Assembly: GCA_050013115.1 (NCBI GenBank)
Contig: JBEKFX010000001.1
Location: 4,934-68,933 of the forward strand
Reading direction: 5' to 3'
Length of the DNA: 64,000 nucleotides
DNA from: Polyangiaceae bacterium
GTDB lineage: Bacteria; Myxococcota_A; Polyangia; Polyangiales; Polyangiaceae
A program made the position numbers and the translations under genes. Below the pieces are notes generated by a model, which was not told the origin of the DNA, did no database searches, and saw only the letters and a list, made by a program, of their open reading frames with translations. Numbering within the stretch: the stretch's first letter is position 1; every line of letters starts with the position of its first letter. This document shows, piece by piece, positions 9,043 to 17,527 of this stretch.

Positions 9043-9708
9043 GTGTTTGGCCTGACGCTATCGCTCCTGGCGGGCGACGCCATCGGACAGGACGAGGTGG
9101 GGGAGGCCGTGCTTGCTTCGGCAAGAGACGGCGTCAGCCTCGTGCGGGCCCTCATCGTCACGGGCGCGGCCGGCCCTCGGCGGCTCGCTCCCCATCTCGA
9201 ATGCAATCCGACCTCCGGCGTCGGCGACGTTCAGCCGGCCGACGAGCTGGTCCGGAAGCTCCCGGCCGGTCTGTGTGAGCGTCTCCTCGCCGTCCCCTTG
9301 GGCCGTGACCCTCTGACCGGTGTCGTCGATCTGGCCGTCGTCGACGTGGGGGACCCCCATGCCGCAGAAGAAGTAGGATACTGGCTGGGTGCCCCCGTAC
9401 GTATGGTCGCAACTCCGATCGAAGCGATGGCGACCGCGCTTCGGCTCCTGATGGGGCTGCCCCAACGGGAGCCGCGGAGCACGACCGAGCCGCCCATGCG
9501 CGGAACCGCGGGCGACAACAGCGAGCCAACGCTGCGCTTCGGCTCGGTCGGTGGGGTCCCGCTGCCAGCGCTGCGCTTCGGCGCGGTCGGCGGGGTCCCG
9601 CTGCCAGCGCTGCGCTTCGGCGCGGTCGGCGGGCTCCCGCTGCCAGCCGGGGAGCTGGCCAGCGAATCGTGTCCTTCGTGCCCGGCTGCAGACGAACCAA
9701 GCGGCTGA
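9043..9708 (+). CDS. stand-alone T2SS-E N-terminal (MshEN/GSPII_E_N-like) domain protein with C-terminal 13-aa tandem repeats
   Basis: LPAGLCERLLAVPLGRDPLTGVVDLAVVDVGDPHAAEEVGYWLGAPVRMVATPIEAMATAL fits the T2SSE_N pattern (vlPl..g.l.vAm.dP.d...el....g..v...la). No ATPase domain follows. GTG start is uncertain. Confidence 0.6.
   Translation: MFGLTLSLLAGDAIGQDEVGEAVLASARDGVSLVRALIVTGAAGPRRLAPHLECNPTSGVGDVQPADELVRKLPAGLCERLLAVPLGRDPLTGVVDLAVVDVGDPHAAEEVGYWLGAPVRMVATPIEAMATALRLLMGLPQREPRSTTEPPMRGTAGDNSEPTLRFGSVGGVPLPALRFGAVGGVPLPALRFGAVGGLPLPAGELASESCPSCPAADEPSG
9531..9647 (+). repeat. 3 x 39-bp in-frame tandem repeat
   Basis: gctgcgcttcggc(t/g)cggtcgg(t/c)gggg(t/c)tcccgctgccagc at 9531-9569, 9570-9608 and 9609-9647. 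Copies 1 and 2 differ at 2 positions, copies 2 and 3 at 1. Encodes LRFG(S/A)VGG(V/L)PLPA x3. Confidence 0.95.
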
Positions 9709-9741
9709 ACCGCCCAGCGAAGCTCGCCCTATCCGTCTAAG

Positions 9742-9787
9742 AGAGGGCCGCCACCGGCGCCGAGAACGGCGCCACGACCCTCTTTCG
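9742..9787 (+). terminator. candidate terminator / structured element
   Basis: agaggg-ccgccacc-GGCGCC-gagaac-GGCGCC-acga-ccctct followed by ttcg: nested 6-bp stems, 34 nt after the stop at 9708. U-tract is weak. Confidence 0.3.
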
Positions 9788-9861
9788 TCACAGGCGCTGC
9801 GCATCCGACACACTTGGGGTATGCCTCAGCGGCGCGCACGCGCCAGCCCACGACCGAAACC

Positions 9862-11526
9862 ATGTCGGAGTACTCGAAGCTCCGCCGCGAATGGGCGGAC
9901 CGTACGCTTGAGCCCCACGAGGCGCGCGAAACGCCCCGACCGAGGGTCGGCGCGCTCGCCGACGGAGGTGATGTGGCTCCCCTTTACGGTCCGGACGATC
10001 TCGAAGCACTCGACTTCGATCCGGCGCGCGACCTCGGCGTTCCCGGCGAGCCTCCGTTTACGCGTGGAGTTCAGCCCAACATGTACCGCGGTCGCCTCTG
10101 GACGATGCGACAGTATGCCGGTTTCGGAACGGCCAAGGAGTCGAACGAGCGGTACAAGTATCTGCTTTCACAAGGCCAAACGGGCCTCAGCATCGCCTTC
10201 GACCTGCCGACGCAAATGGGCCGCGACTCGGACGATCCGCGCGCGGCCGGCGAAGTCGGCCGCGTTGGGGTCGCGATCGATTCGATCGACGACATGCGCG
10301 CGCTGCTCGAAGGCCTCCCGCTCGAACGCATCTCGACGTCGATGACCATCAACGCGACCGCCTGCACGCTGCTTTGCCTCTACATCGCGGTCGCCGACGA
10401 GCGCGGCGTTGCCCGAGACGCTCTGCGCGGCACGATCCAGAACGACATCCTGAAAGAGTACATCGCCCGGGGCGCCTACATTTATCCCCCTCGCCCGTCG
10501 ATCCGACTCGTGACGGACGTCTTCGCCTGGTGCATGCGCCAAGTTCCTCGATGGAACACGATTTCCGTGAGCGGATATCACGTCCGGGAAGCAGGGGCCG
10601 ATGCGGCCCAAGAGCTCGCGTTCACGATGGCCGATGGCATCGCTTACGTGCAGGCCGCCGTCGATGCGGGGCTCGATGTCGACGAATTCGGCGGCCAGCT
10701 CTCGTTCTTCTTCAACGTCCAGAACGGATTTCTCGAAGAAGTGGCCAAGTTTCGCGCAGCCCGGCGAATGTGGGACACGATCATGCGCGATCGCTTCGGT
10801 GCGAAAGCGCTGCGCGCGAGGGCGCTACGCTTTCATTGCCAGACGGCAGGCGCGACGCTCACGGCGCAGCAGCCCCTCGTGAACATCGCGCGGGTGACCG
10901 CCCAGGCCCTGGCCGCGGTGCTCGGCGGCTGTCAATCGCTGCACACGAACGCCTATGACGAAGCGCTCGGTCTGCCGACGAGCGAGGCTGCCGCGCTCGC
11001 GCTCCGTACCCAACAAATCGTTGCGTACGAAACGGGCGTTGCCGACTTCGTCGACCCGCTCGGAGGCAGCTACGCTGTCGAAACGCTGACGTCGCGCCTC
11101 GAGTCTTTGGCGCGCGACTACCTCCGGCGCATCGAAGCTCTCGGAGGCATGGTGGCCGCCATCGAGCAGGCCTATCCTCAACGTGAGATCCAGCGCGCAG
11201 CGTATCAGTATCAACTCGACGTCGAACAGGGAAAGCGCGTCGTCGTGGGCGTCAACGCGTTCATCCAAGAATCCGCCCCGGTTCCGGTTCTGCAGGTTGA
11301 CCTTCGGAACGAGGCCGAGCAGATCGAACGCGTCCGTGCGATGCGCGCACGTCGCGACCGTCGTGCTCACGCAGCCGCCCTCGAAACCATCGAACGGGCC
11401 GCCCGAGGCGCTGAAAATCTCGTCCCGCCGACCCTTGCAGCCGTCAAAGCCCACGCCACCGTCGGCGAAATCGCCGACGTCCTGCGACGCGTCTGGGGCG
11501 AACACGTGGAGACGTCGACGATCTGA
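9862..11526 (+). CDS. B12-dependent acyl-CoA mutase large (substrate-binding) subunit, methylmalonyl-CoA mutase family, no B12-binding domain
   Basis: [100 protein letters not shown]. About 554 aa, so the C-terminal cobalamin domain is absent. ATG 9862 chosen over TTG 9814. Confidence 0.85.
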   Translation: MSEYSKLRREWADRTLEPHEARETPRPRVGALADGGDVAPLYGPDDLEALDFDPARDLGVPGEPPFTRGVQPNMYRGRLWTMRQYAGFGTAKESNERYKYLLSQGQTGLSIAFDLPTQMGRDSDDPRAAGEVGRVGVAIDSIDDMRALLEGLPLERISTSMTINATACTLLCLYIAVADERGVARDALRGTIQNDILKEYIARGAYIYPPRPSIRLVTDVFAWCMRQVPRWNTISVSGYHVREAGADAAQELAFTMADGIAYVQAAVDAGLDVDEFGGQLSFFFNVQNGFLEEVAKFRAARRMWDTIMRDRFGAKALRARALRFHCQTAGATLTAQQPLVNIARVTAQALAAVLGGCQSLHTNAYDEALGLPTSEAAALALRTQQIVAYETGVADFVDPLGGSYAVETLTSRLESLARDYLRRIEALGGMVAAIEQAYPQREIQRAAYQYQLDVEQGKRVVVGVNAFIQESAPVPVLQVDLRNEAEQIERVRAMRARRDRRAHAAALETIERAARGAENLVPPTLAAVKAHATVGEIADVLRRVWGEHVETSTI

Positions 11527-11545
11527 TGGTGGATACTTCGCCGCA

Positions 11546-13327
11546 ATGGCTCGGTCGATCGTCCACCACGTCCGCATTCCCGCCCCTCAGGTCCATCTCG
11601 TCCACGTGGAGACACGGATCGCGACGACGGAGGCGATGCCTGAAGTCCTCGTGGTCTTCATGCCGGTCTGGACCCCTGGCTCGTACCTCATCCGCGAGTA
11701 CGCAAGGCACGTCGAAGGGTTTTTCGCCGGGCCGCCCGCGCGCGCGCGCAAAATCCGAAAGAACGCGTGGGAAATCCGCACCCACGCGACGGACCCGCTC
11801 GTCATCCAGTACACGGTGTACGCTGCCGAACTAACCGTCCGAACGAGTCATGTCGACGAATCCCACGGCTTTCTCGTGGGAGCCGCGACCTTTTTCGGCG
11901 TGGAGGGATGGGAGCGGGTTGCAACGACCGTGGAGATCCATGCTCCGGACGGCTGGAGAACATTCACATCCCTCGATGTTCTCCAAGACCCCGCGGGATC
12001 CGCTACCCAACGCTTCGTCGCCAAGGACTTCGATACCCTCGTCGACTGCCCGATCGAGATCGGACGCCCGATCGAGGAGGCGTTTGACGTGCTCGGTACG
12101 CCGCACCGCTACGCCGTTTGCCCCGCCAGCGCGCTCCGCCGGAGCGATCTCACTCGGCTGATCGGAGACACGAAGACCATCGTGGAGACGGAGGCGGCGC
12201 TCTTCGGAGGAACGCTGCCCTACGAGCACTACGATCTGCTCCTCCACCTCTCGACTCGAGGCCGCGGGGGCCTCGAGCACCGGTCCAGTGCCGCGCTCAT
12301 TGCCGCCGAGGCCAGCTTCGCCACGCGCGAAGCGTATCTCGACCTCCTCTCGCTCGTGGCTCACGAGATCTTCCACGCATGGAACGTCAAGCGAATTCGC
12401 CCAGCCGGGCTGACGCCCTACGGCTACAACGCCGAGTGTTACACGCGGCTTCTCTGGTGGTTCGAAGGCGGGACGAGTTACTACGACTGGAGAGTCCTTG
12501 CACTCGCTCGAATCTGCACGCTCGAGGAATACCTCGATCACCTTGCCTCGGAGATCGCGTATCTCGACCAAACAGCAGGCCGGCTGGTGCACGCTCTGGA
12601 GGACGCGAGCTGGGACGCATGGATCAAGCTCTATCGACCAGACGAAAATTCGCAGAACAGCAGCGTGAGCTACTACCGAAAGGGAGAGGTTGTTTGTGCT
12701 CTCCTCGACCTCGAAATTCGTGCTCGCTCAGGCGGTCGAGCCTCGCTCGACGGGATTCTCGTTCATCTGTGGCGAGAATACGGCACCGTCGAGAGGTCCG
12801 TGCCCGAGGACGAGATCCAGGCGATCTTCGAGCGCGCGACGGGGGTTGACCTCGGCGACTTGTTCGAGACGTGGATCAGGTCGCCTACTGAAATCGACTA
12901 CGCGAAGACTCTGGCTTACGTCGGCCTCGCGATAGAACGGACCGCGCGACCGGATGCCGCGCCTTGCTCGCTCGGTGTTCGCGTCCGCGCTGACGGGCCG
13001 CGCGCGATGGTCAGTTCAGTTAGCCGGGGCACCGCAGCGTGGAGGGCTGGGGTCGACGGCGGGGACGAGATTCTCGCCATCGGCGGAGTCCGCATCGAGG
13101 GCGGCTTGATCGAGCCGGCACTGAGGAGCCGCGCCCCGGGCGACTCGGTCGACATCGTCCTCGCCCGCGACGGACGCCTCGTCACGAAGACCGCCATACT
13201 CGATCCTGGGAAAGCGGACCGTGTCAAGATTGTCCCGGCCCGCGACGCATCCGACGCGGCACGCCAAGCCTTTGCGGCTTGGCTCGACCCGCTGAAATCC
13301 ACGGCGCGGCCGAGGACCGCAAGATGA
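11546..13327 (+). CDS. M61-family (glycyl aminopeptidase-like) metallopeptidase with C-terminal PDZ domain
   Basis: ATG 11546 within ORF 11183..13327. HEIFHAWNVKRIRP zinc motif. PDZ-like LGVRVRADG..VSRGTAAWRAGVDGGDEILAIGGVRIEG. Confidence 0.8.
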   Translation: MARSIVHHVRIPAPQVHLVHVETRIATTEAMPEVLVVFMPVWTPGSYLIREYARHVEGFFAGPPARARKIRKNAWEIRTHATDPLVIQYTVYAAELTVRTSHVDESHGFLVGAATFFGVEGWERVATTVEIHAPDGWRTFTSLDVLQDPAGSATQRFVAKDFDTLVDCPIEIGRPIEEAFDVLGTPHRYAVCPASALRRSDLTRLIGDTKTIVETEAALFGGTLPYEHYDLLLHLSTRGRGGLEHRSSAALIAAEASFATREAYLDLLSLVAHEIFHAWNVKRIRPAGLTPYGYNAECYTRLLWWFEGGTSYYDWRVLALARICTLEEYLDHLASEIAYLDQTAGRLVHALEDASWDAWIKLYRPDENSQNSSVSYYRKGEVVCALLDLEIRARSGGRASLDGILVHLWREYGTVERSVPEDEIQAIFERATGVDLGDLFETWIRSPTEIDYAKTLAYVGLAIERTARPDAAPCSLGVRVRADGPRAMVSSVSRGTAAWRAGVDGGDEILAIGGVRIEGGLIEPALRSRAPGDSVDIVLARDGRLVTKTAILDPGKADRVKIVPARDASDAARQAFAAWLDPLKSTARPRTAR

Positions 13328-13794
13328 GCGCGTTGGCCCCCAAATCGCGTACTGCGTCGACGACGGAGATGACCGAGTATGTCCTGCCTCAGCACGCGAA
13401 TGTCTTCGGAACGGTGTTCGGTGGACAAATCATGGCCTGGGTCGACATCTGCGCGGCGATTTGCGCCCAACGGCATTCCAGTCGCCCTTGCGTCACAGCC
13501 TTCGTCGATGATCTTCTCTTCAAGCGCCCGGTGCGCGTCGGGCAGCTCGTGCGCCTTCGTGCTCAAGTTCAGGCCACGTTTCGCACCTCGATGGAGATCG
13601 AAGTCGCCGTGTCCGGGGAAGACATGATGACTGGCGAGCACTGGCCTACAGTCCAATGCTTCGTCACGTTCGTCGCCCTCGACGACAATCGTCGACCGAC
13701 GCCTGTCGCACCGCTCCTACAGGAAACCGACGAACACCGTGGTGCGGAGGCTGCCGCGGAGGAACGACGGCGCGCTCGTCTCGCTCGACGCTGA
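13324..13794 (+). CDS. acyl-CoA thioesterase, hotdog fold (YciA/BFIT-like)
   Basis: ATG overlaps the M61 stop (ATGA). EYVLPQHANVFGTVFGGQIMAWVDICAAICA..FKRPVRVGQLV..VAVSGED is the classic hotdog thioesterase pattern. Confidence 0.8.
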   Translation: MSALAPKSRTASTTEMTEYVLPQHANVFGTVFGGQIMAWVDICAAICAQRHSSRPCVTAFVDDLLFKRPVRVGQLVRLRAQVQATFRTSMEIEVAVSGEDMMTGEHWPTVQCFVTFVALDDNRRPTPVAPLLQETDEHRGAEAAAEERRRARLARR

Positions 13795-13927
13795 ATCGAG
13801 TCCTCACACGGCGCAGCGCTACTAGGGAGGAAACCGACGAACACCGTGGTGCGGAGGCTGCCGCGGAGGAACGACGGCGCGCTCGTCTCGCTCGACGCTG
13901 AATCGAGTCCACACACGGCGCACCGCT
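13721..13927 (+). repeat. 100-bp direct duplication (2 copies, 7-bp spacer) covering the thioesterase 3' end
   Basis: 13721-13820 and 13828-13927 are identical except for 2 mismatches (tcctcacacg/tccacacacg; gcgcagcgct/gcgcaccgct). Each copy contains the last 24 codons, the TGA and 25 nt of 3' flank. Confidence 0.95.
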
Positions 13928-14017
13928 CATCGGAAGAGAAGCCCGACGCGGCCGGCCGGTACGGCGACCCCTCAGCCGATGTCGAAGCTTGCATGCTAGG
14001 GTGCAAACGACCATGCG

Positions 14018-16060
14018 ATGATACCCGTCCGACCAGGCCCCGATTCAAGTGCTGGCGCAAGCTTCGAAGAGATCGTGTGCCCGCACGCAGGTGCTTGCGG
14101 AGGTTGCGCGATCATCTCCCTGCCTTATGCCGACCAGCTCGCACGGAAGCACAGCAAGGTCGTGCTGTCTCTGGCTCGGTATCCCGCTCTTTCGTTCGTG
14201 AACACCGAACCGGTCGTCCCGGCTGAACCGCGGGCCGGTTACCGGACGCGCGCAAAGCTCATGGTCGCTCCGGGAGCCAAGCTCGGCCTCTTTGCCAAAG
14301 GCGGCGGCCACCGGGTCGTCGACGTACCGCAATGCCGGATCCTCGCGCCCGCGATCGAGCGCGTTTCGCGCCATCTCCGAGGCGAAATCGCGAAATGGGA
14401 ACGCTCGGGCGGGCCGCTCGTTCCATTCGATCCGCAGGGCGCGGGCGGGCTACGCGCGGTTGACCTACGCGAGACGCGCGACGAGGGGCCTGCTCGCGTT
14501 CTCGTGACGCTCGTCGTCCAGCGGGAGCGGGGACGCGCGCCGGATCTCGAGCAACTTCGTGACGCGGCGTCGGCGCTCTTGGCCGCGAACCCGGACGTCA
14601 TCGGCGTTGCGGTGAACTTCCACGTCGGCGACGCGCCTCAGGTGCTCGGCGCCGAGACCGTACTTCTGGCCGGGGCGCCAACGGCCCCAGACCGGATCGG
14701 CCCAAGCACCCACCTTGCGACATTCGGCTCGTTTGTCCAAGCGCACCGCGCCCAAGCGGAGCGCATCCACACCATCCTCGCCGAGGCCATCGCCTTCGGG
14801 GCCGCCAAACGCCCCCGCGTGCTCGACCTTTATGGCGGTTCGGGCGCCATCGCCTTGGGGCTCGCCACCCGCGGCGCGAAGGTACACTTGATCGAGGCTT
14901 TCGAACCAGCGACCGCGCAGGCGCGCGCGTCCGCACGAGCTCAGGCCCTCGACGTGGAAGTGCAGTGCGCGGACGTCGCCCTCGCTCTGGCCGATCTTGC
15001 GCGGCGCGGAGAGCACTTCGATGCGGCTGTCGTCAATCCGCCGCGCCGCGGCACGAGCCCTGCCGCGCGTGAGTCGCTGGCGATTCTCGAGCCGCCCCTC
15101 ATCGCATACGTATCGTGCAATCCCGAGACGCTCGCCAGGGACCTCGATCATTTCGCGCGCCTCGGCTACGCCGCGGCCCGGCTTCGACCGCTCGACATGA
15201 TCCCGCTGACGGACGAGGTCGAGACCATCGCCTTGCTGCGGCACGGAGGCATTCCCGTCCCTCGCGTCGTCTATGAGGACGAAGATGTTTTCATCGTCGA
15301 GAAGGGACCGCACGAGCCGACGGTGCCCCAAGGAGAGTACCGCTCGTCATTGCTTGCGCGCGCCCGCCGCCTACCCGGGGCACGCCAGTGCCTCGCCCTG
15401 TGTCGGCTCGACGTCGGAACGAGCGGTCTCGTCGTTCTTGCCCGCCGGAGCGAAGCGCTCGCCCCATGGGAGAGGGCCCTTTCGCAGGCTCGCACCACCT
15501 ATCTTGCCGCCGTCCGCGGTGTAACCCCGTTGAAGGGCTCGATCGTGCGAGACCTTCACGACGATGGCCGGAGGGCTCCGGCGCGCACCCGCTATCGCCG
15601 CCTCGGCATGGCCACAGGGCAAAGCATTTTGCGTGTCGTACTCGATCACCCATCGCGCGCTCACCAGGTCCGCCGACACTTGGCGGGGGTTGGCCATCCC
15701 GTTTTGGGCGACGATCGATACGGTCACGCACCGACCAATCGGCACTACGAAGAAAAGCATGGCCTCGATCGGCTCTTTCTTCACTGCATGCGCCTCGAGT
15801 TCAAACACCCGCGGACCGGAGCGGATCATCTTGTCGAAGCCCCCTTGGCCGGTGACCTGCGGACCGTGCTCGAACGCGTGACGTTGCCCGGAACCTTGCG
15901 CTACCTCGACGCCAAGAATGCTCTCGGGCCGAACGGCGCCCCGCCCATTCCTCCGCGGTCGGCCGGCGGCACAGTCTCGCGCGAGGGTGAGCCCAGCGCC
16001 CAGGCGAAATCGACCGTGTCGCCGCCAGCGGGTTCGGCCGCCGAGCCTCAGCTCGAATGA
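14018..16060 (+). CDS. fusion protein: RumB/RlmC-like 23S rRNA (uracil-C5)-methyltransferase + RluA-family pseudouridine synthase
   Basis: N-half: CPHAGACGGC..PQC (4Fe-4S ligands), VLDLYGGSGAIALGLA, VVNPPRRG, YVSCNP nucleophile. C-half: VVYEDEDVFIVEKG, RLDVGTSGLVVLAR (catalytic Asp), HQVRRHLAGVGHPVLGDDRYG. One uninterrupted 680-codon ORF. Confidence 0.8.
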   Translation: MIPVRPGPDSSAGASFEEIVCPHAGACGGCAIISLPYADQLARKHSKVVLSLARYPALSFVNTEPVVPAEPRAGYRTRAKLMVAPGAKLGLFAKGGGHRVVDVPQCRILAPAIERVSRHLRGEIAKWERSGGPLVPFDPQGAGGLRAVDLRETRDEGPARVLVTLVVQRERGRAPDLEQLRDAASALLAANPDVIGVAVNFHVGDAPQVLGAETVLLAGAPTAPDRIGPSTHLATFGSFVQAHRAQAERIHTILAEAIAFGAAKRPRVLDLYGGSGAIALGLATRGAKVHLIEAFEPATAQARASARAQALDVEVQCADVALALADLARRGEHFDAAVVNPPRRGTSPAARESLAILEPPLIAYVSCNPETLARDLDHFARLGYAAARLRPLDMIPLTDEVETIALLRHGGIPVPRVVYEDEDVFIVEKGPHEPTVPQGEYRSSLLARARRLPGARQCLALCRLDVGTSGLVVLARRSEALAPWERALSQARTTYLAAVRGVTPLKGSIVRDLHDDGRRAPARTRYRRLGMATGQSILRVVLDHPSRAHQVRRHLAGVGHPVLGDDRYGHAPTNRHYEEKHGLDRLFLHCMRLEFKHPRTGADHLVEAPLAGDLRTVLERVTLPGTLRYLDAKNALGPNGAPPIPPRSAGGTVSREGEPSAQAKSTVSPPAGSAAEPQLE

Positions 16061-16096
16061 CCGAGCTCCCGACGCGCGATGGAGTGCAAACGGGGG

Positions 16097-17269
16097 CTAA
16101 GCGCGGGCCAATTCGACCATGAGCGAGGCGGCGAGATGGGCCTTCGTCGTCCAGCCGAGTGAGTCACCGGCGTACCAAGAGGCTCCCGCGCGACACGCGG
16201 CGGGCGTCCCGGCGAGAAACGTCCGCCAGCGCGTTCCGCGAGCCCCATACACACGGGTCGCCAACCAAGCGCTTTGCAGCATATGCCGACCGACGCGCGA
16301 CTGCCCTACATCATGCGCATAGCGATCCATCGAGCCATGCCCCGTACGGAGAGCGTGGGAGAGCCGGCGAGCGGCGATACCGCCGGTCAAGATGGCCTGT
16401 GCGATGCCCTCGCCCGTCGTCGCGTCGATGCCCGCGGCCTCGCCGACCAGGACCAAACGATGCAGCGCCAATCGCGAACCGCGAACGAACGGCCGCGTGC
16501 TGAAAGGCTGCAAGCGAACGTGCGCGATGTCGATCCCGCGGATGGCCAGTGCGTCCGACAAACGGGTCTTCAGGTCAGACCGTGGCGTGAAGTTCGCGTG
16601 GTAAATGCCACGGCTCACAGCCGGCGCCCCATCGAGAAGGGTCGGAAAGTCCCAGTAGTATCCCTCAATCCCATTCTCGGCGACCCGAAGGTCGAAATCG
16701 CATAGACCCGTTTGAGGACCCCGATCGTTCGGGGTAGCGGGGGTTTCCGTGACGTAGAGGTGACCTCGCCGCGCCGGTTCACCCAAGCCCAAAAGCTTGC
16801 GAGCAACACTGCCCGCCCCGTCGCAAGCTGCAACGAAACGCGCGTCCACGGTTCTACGCGATGTTGTCACCCGCCAACCTCCCGCGATGGCTGCGAGCCC
16901 AACGACGGGTTCGCCGTCGTGTACGACGACGCCGTCAGACGCCGCGCGGCGCCAGAGGCTTGCGTCGAACTCGCAACGTCGAACGACGACGCCAAGGTCT
17001 GCCTCGTGCGCCCCGGTCGCCGCGGCCGCCAAGACGCGCAGGCCTCGGATGCGCACGTGAGAGACGTCGAGCGACACGCCGATGCGAGCGAGCGCTCGAA
17101 GACCCCACGCGCTCACAGCCCCGGCGCAGGGCTTTTCCCTCGGATGAACGGCTCTCTCGAATAGGACCAGCCGGCTCGGCGCGATGCCGTCCCGCCGAAC
17201 AAGATGCAGCGCGGTGCTGCTCCCGGCCGGGCCGCCGCCGATGATGGCTACGTCGGCGTCGAAGCTCAC
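16097..17269 (-). CDS. FAD-dependent oxidoreductase, geranylgeranyl-reductase-like family
   Basis: GTG at 17269 gives MSFDADVAIIGGGPAGSSTALHL (dinucleotide fold at the N-terminus), preceded by AGGA. KPCAGAVS motif. The listed ORF's 72 upstream residues are Arg-rich junk overlapping the preceding gene. Confidence 0.7.
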   Translation of the reverse strand: MSFDADVAIIGGGPAGSSTALHLVRRDGIAPSRLVLFERAVHPREKPCAGAVSAWGLRALARIGVSLDVSHVRIRGLRVLAAAATGAHEADLGVVVRRCEFDASLWRRAASDGVVVHDGEPVVGLAAIAGGWRVTTSRRTVDARFVAACDGAGSVARKLLGLGEPARRGHLYVTETPATPNDRGPQTGLCDFDLRVAENGIEGYYWDFPTLLDGAPAVSRGIYHANFTPRSDLKTRLSDALAIRGIDIAHVRLQPFSTRPFVRGSRLALHRLVLVGEAAGIDATTGEGIAQAILTGGIAARRLSHALRTGHGSMDRYAHDVGQSRVGRHMLQSAWLATRVYGARGTRWRTFLAGTPAACRAGASWYAGDSLGWTTKAHLAASLMVELARA

Positions 17270-17469
17270 GTCGTCATCCTGATGGCCGAGACGAGCGGAC
17301 AGAGTTCGTCGAGCACGGCATCGAGCTCGCAAGCCCGATCGGCCGGTGCGGCGACAAGGAGATCGCCCCCGCTCTCGGCGAATACAGTCCCGAGCCCCTC
17401 GCTGGCCTCGATGACCCCCTTGAAAAAGACTACGTCTGGCGCGCGCATGAGGACACGACGGGTGATCAT
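17266..17469 (-). CDS. small DUF4911-like protein (67 aa)
   Basis: MITRRVLMRAPDVVFFKGVIEASEGLGTVFAESGGDLLVAAP..ELDAVLDEL fits the DUF4911 pattern as I remember it. Its TGA overlaps the GTG of the next gene (GTGA). Confidence 0.5.
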   Translation of the reverse strand: MITRRVLMRAPDVVFFKGVIEASEGLGTVFAESGGDLLVAAPADRACELDAVLDELCPLVSAIRMTT

Positions 17470-17527
17470 GCCCTCCCCTGCGCACGGAGAAGCATGCTTG
17501 CGGGGCCTGCGCTGGCCGGCTCCGGCG

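Noticed and set aside
9531-9647. Whether the tandem repeats (also 13721-13927 and 61148-61291) are CRISPR arrays
   Set aside because: The copies are directly adjacent or separated by 7 nt, with no unique spacers. There are only 2-3 copies, two sets are in frame inside CDS, and no cas genes are present.
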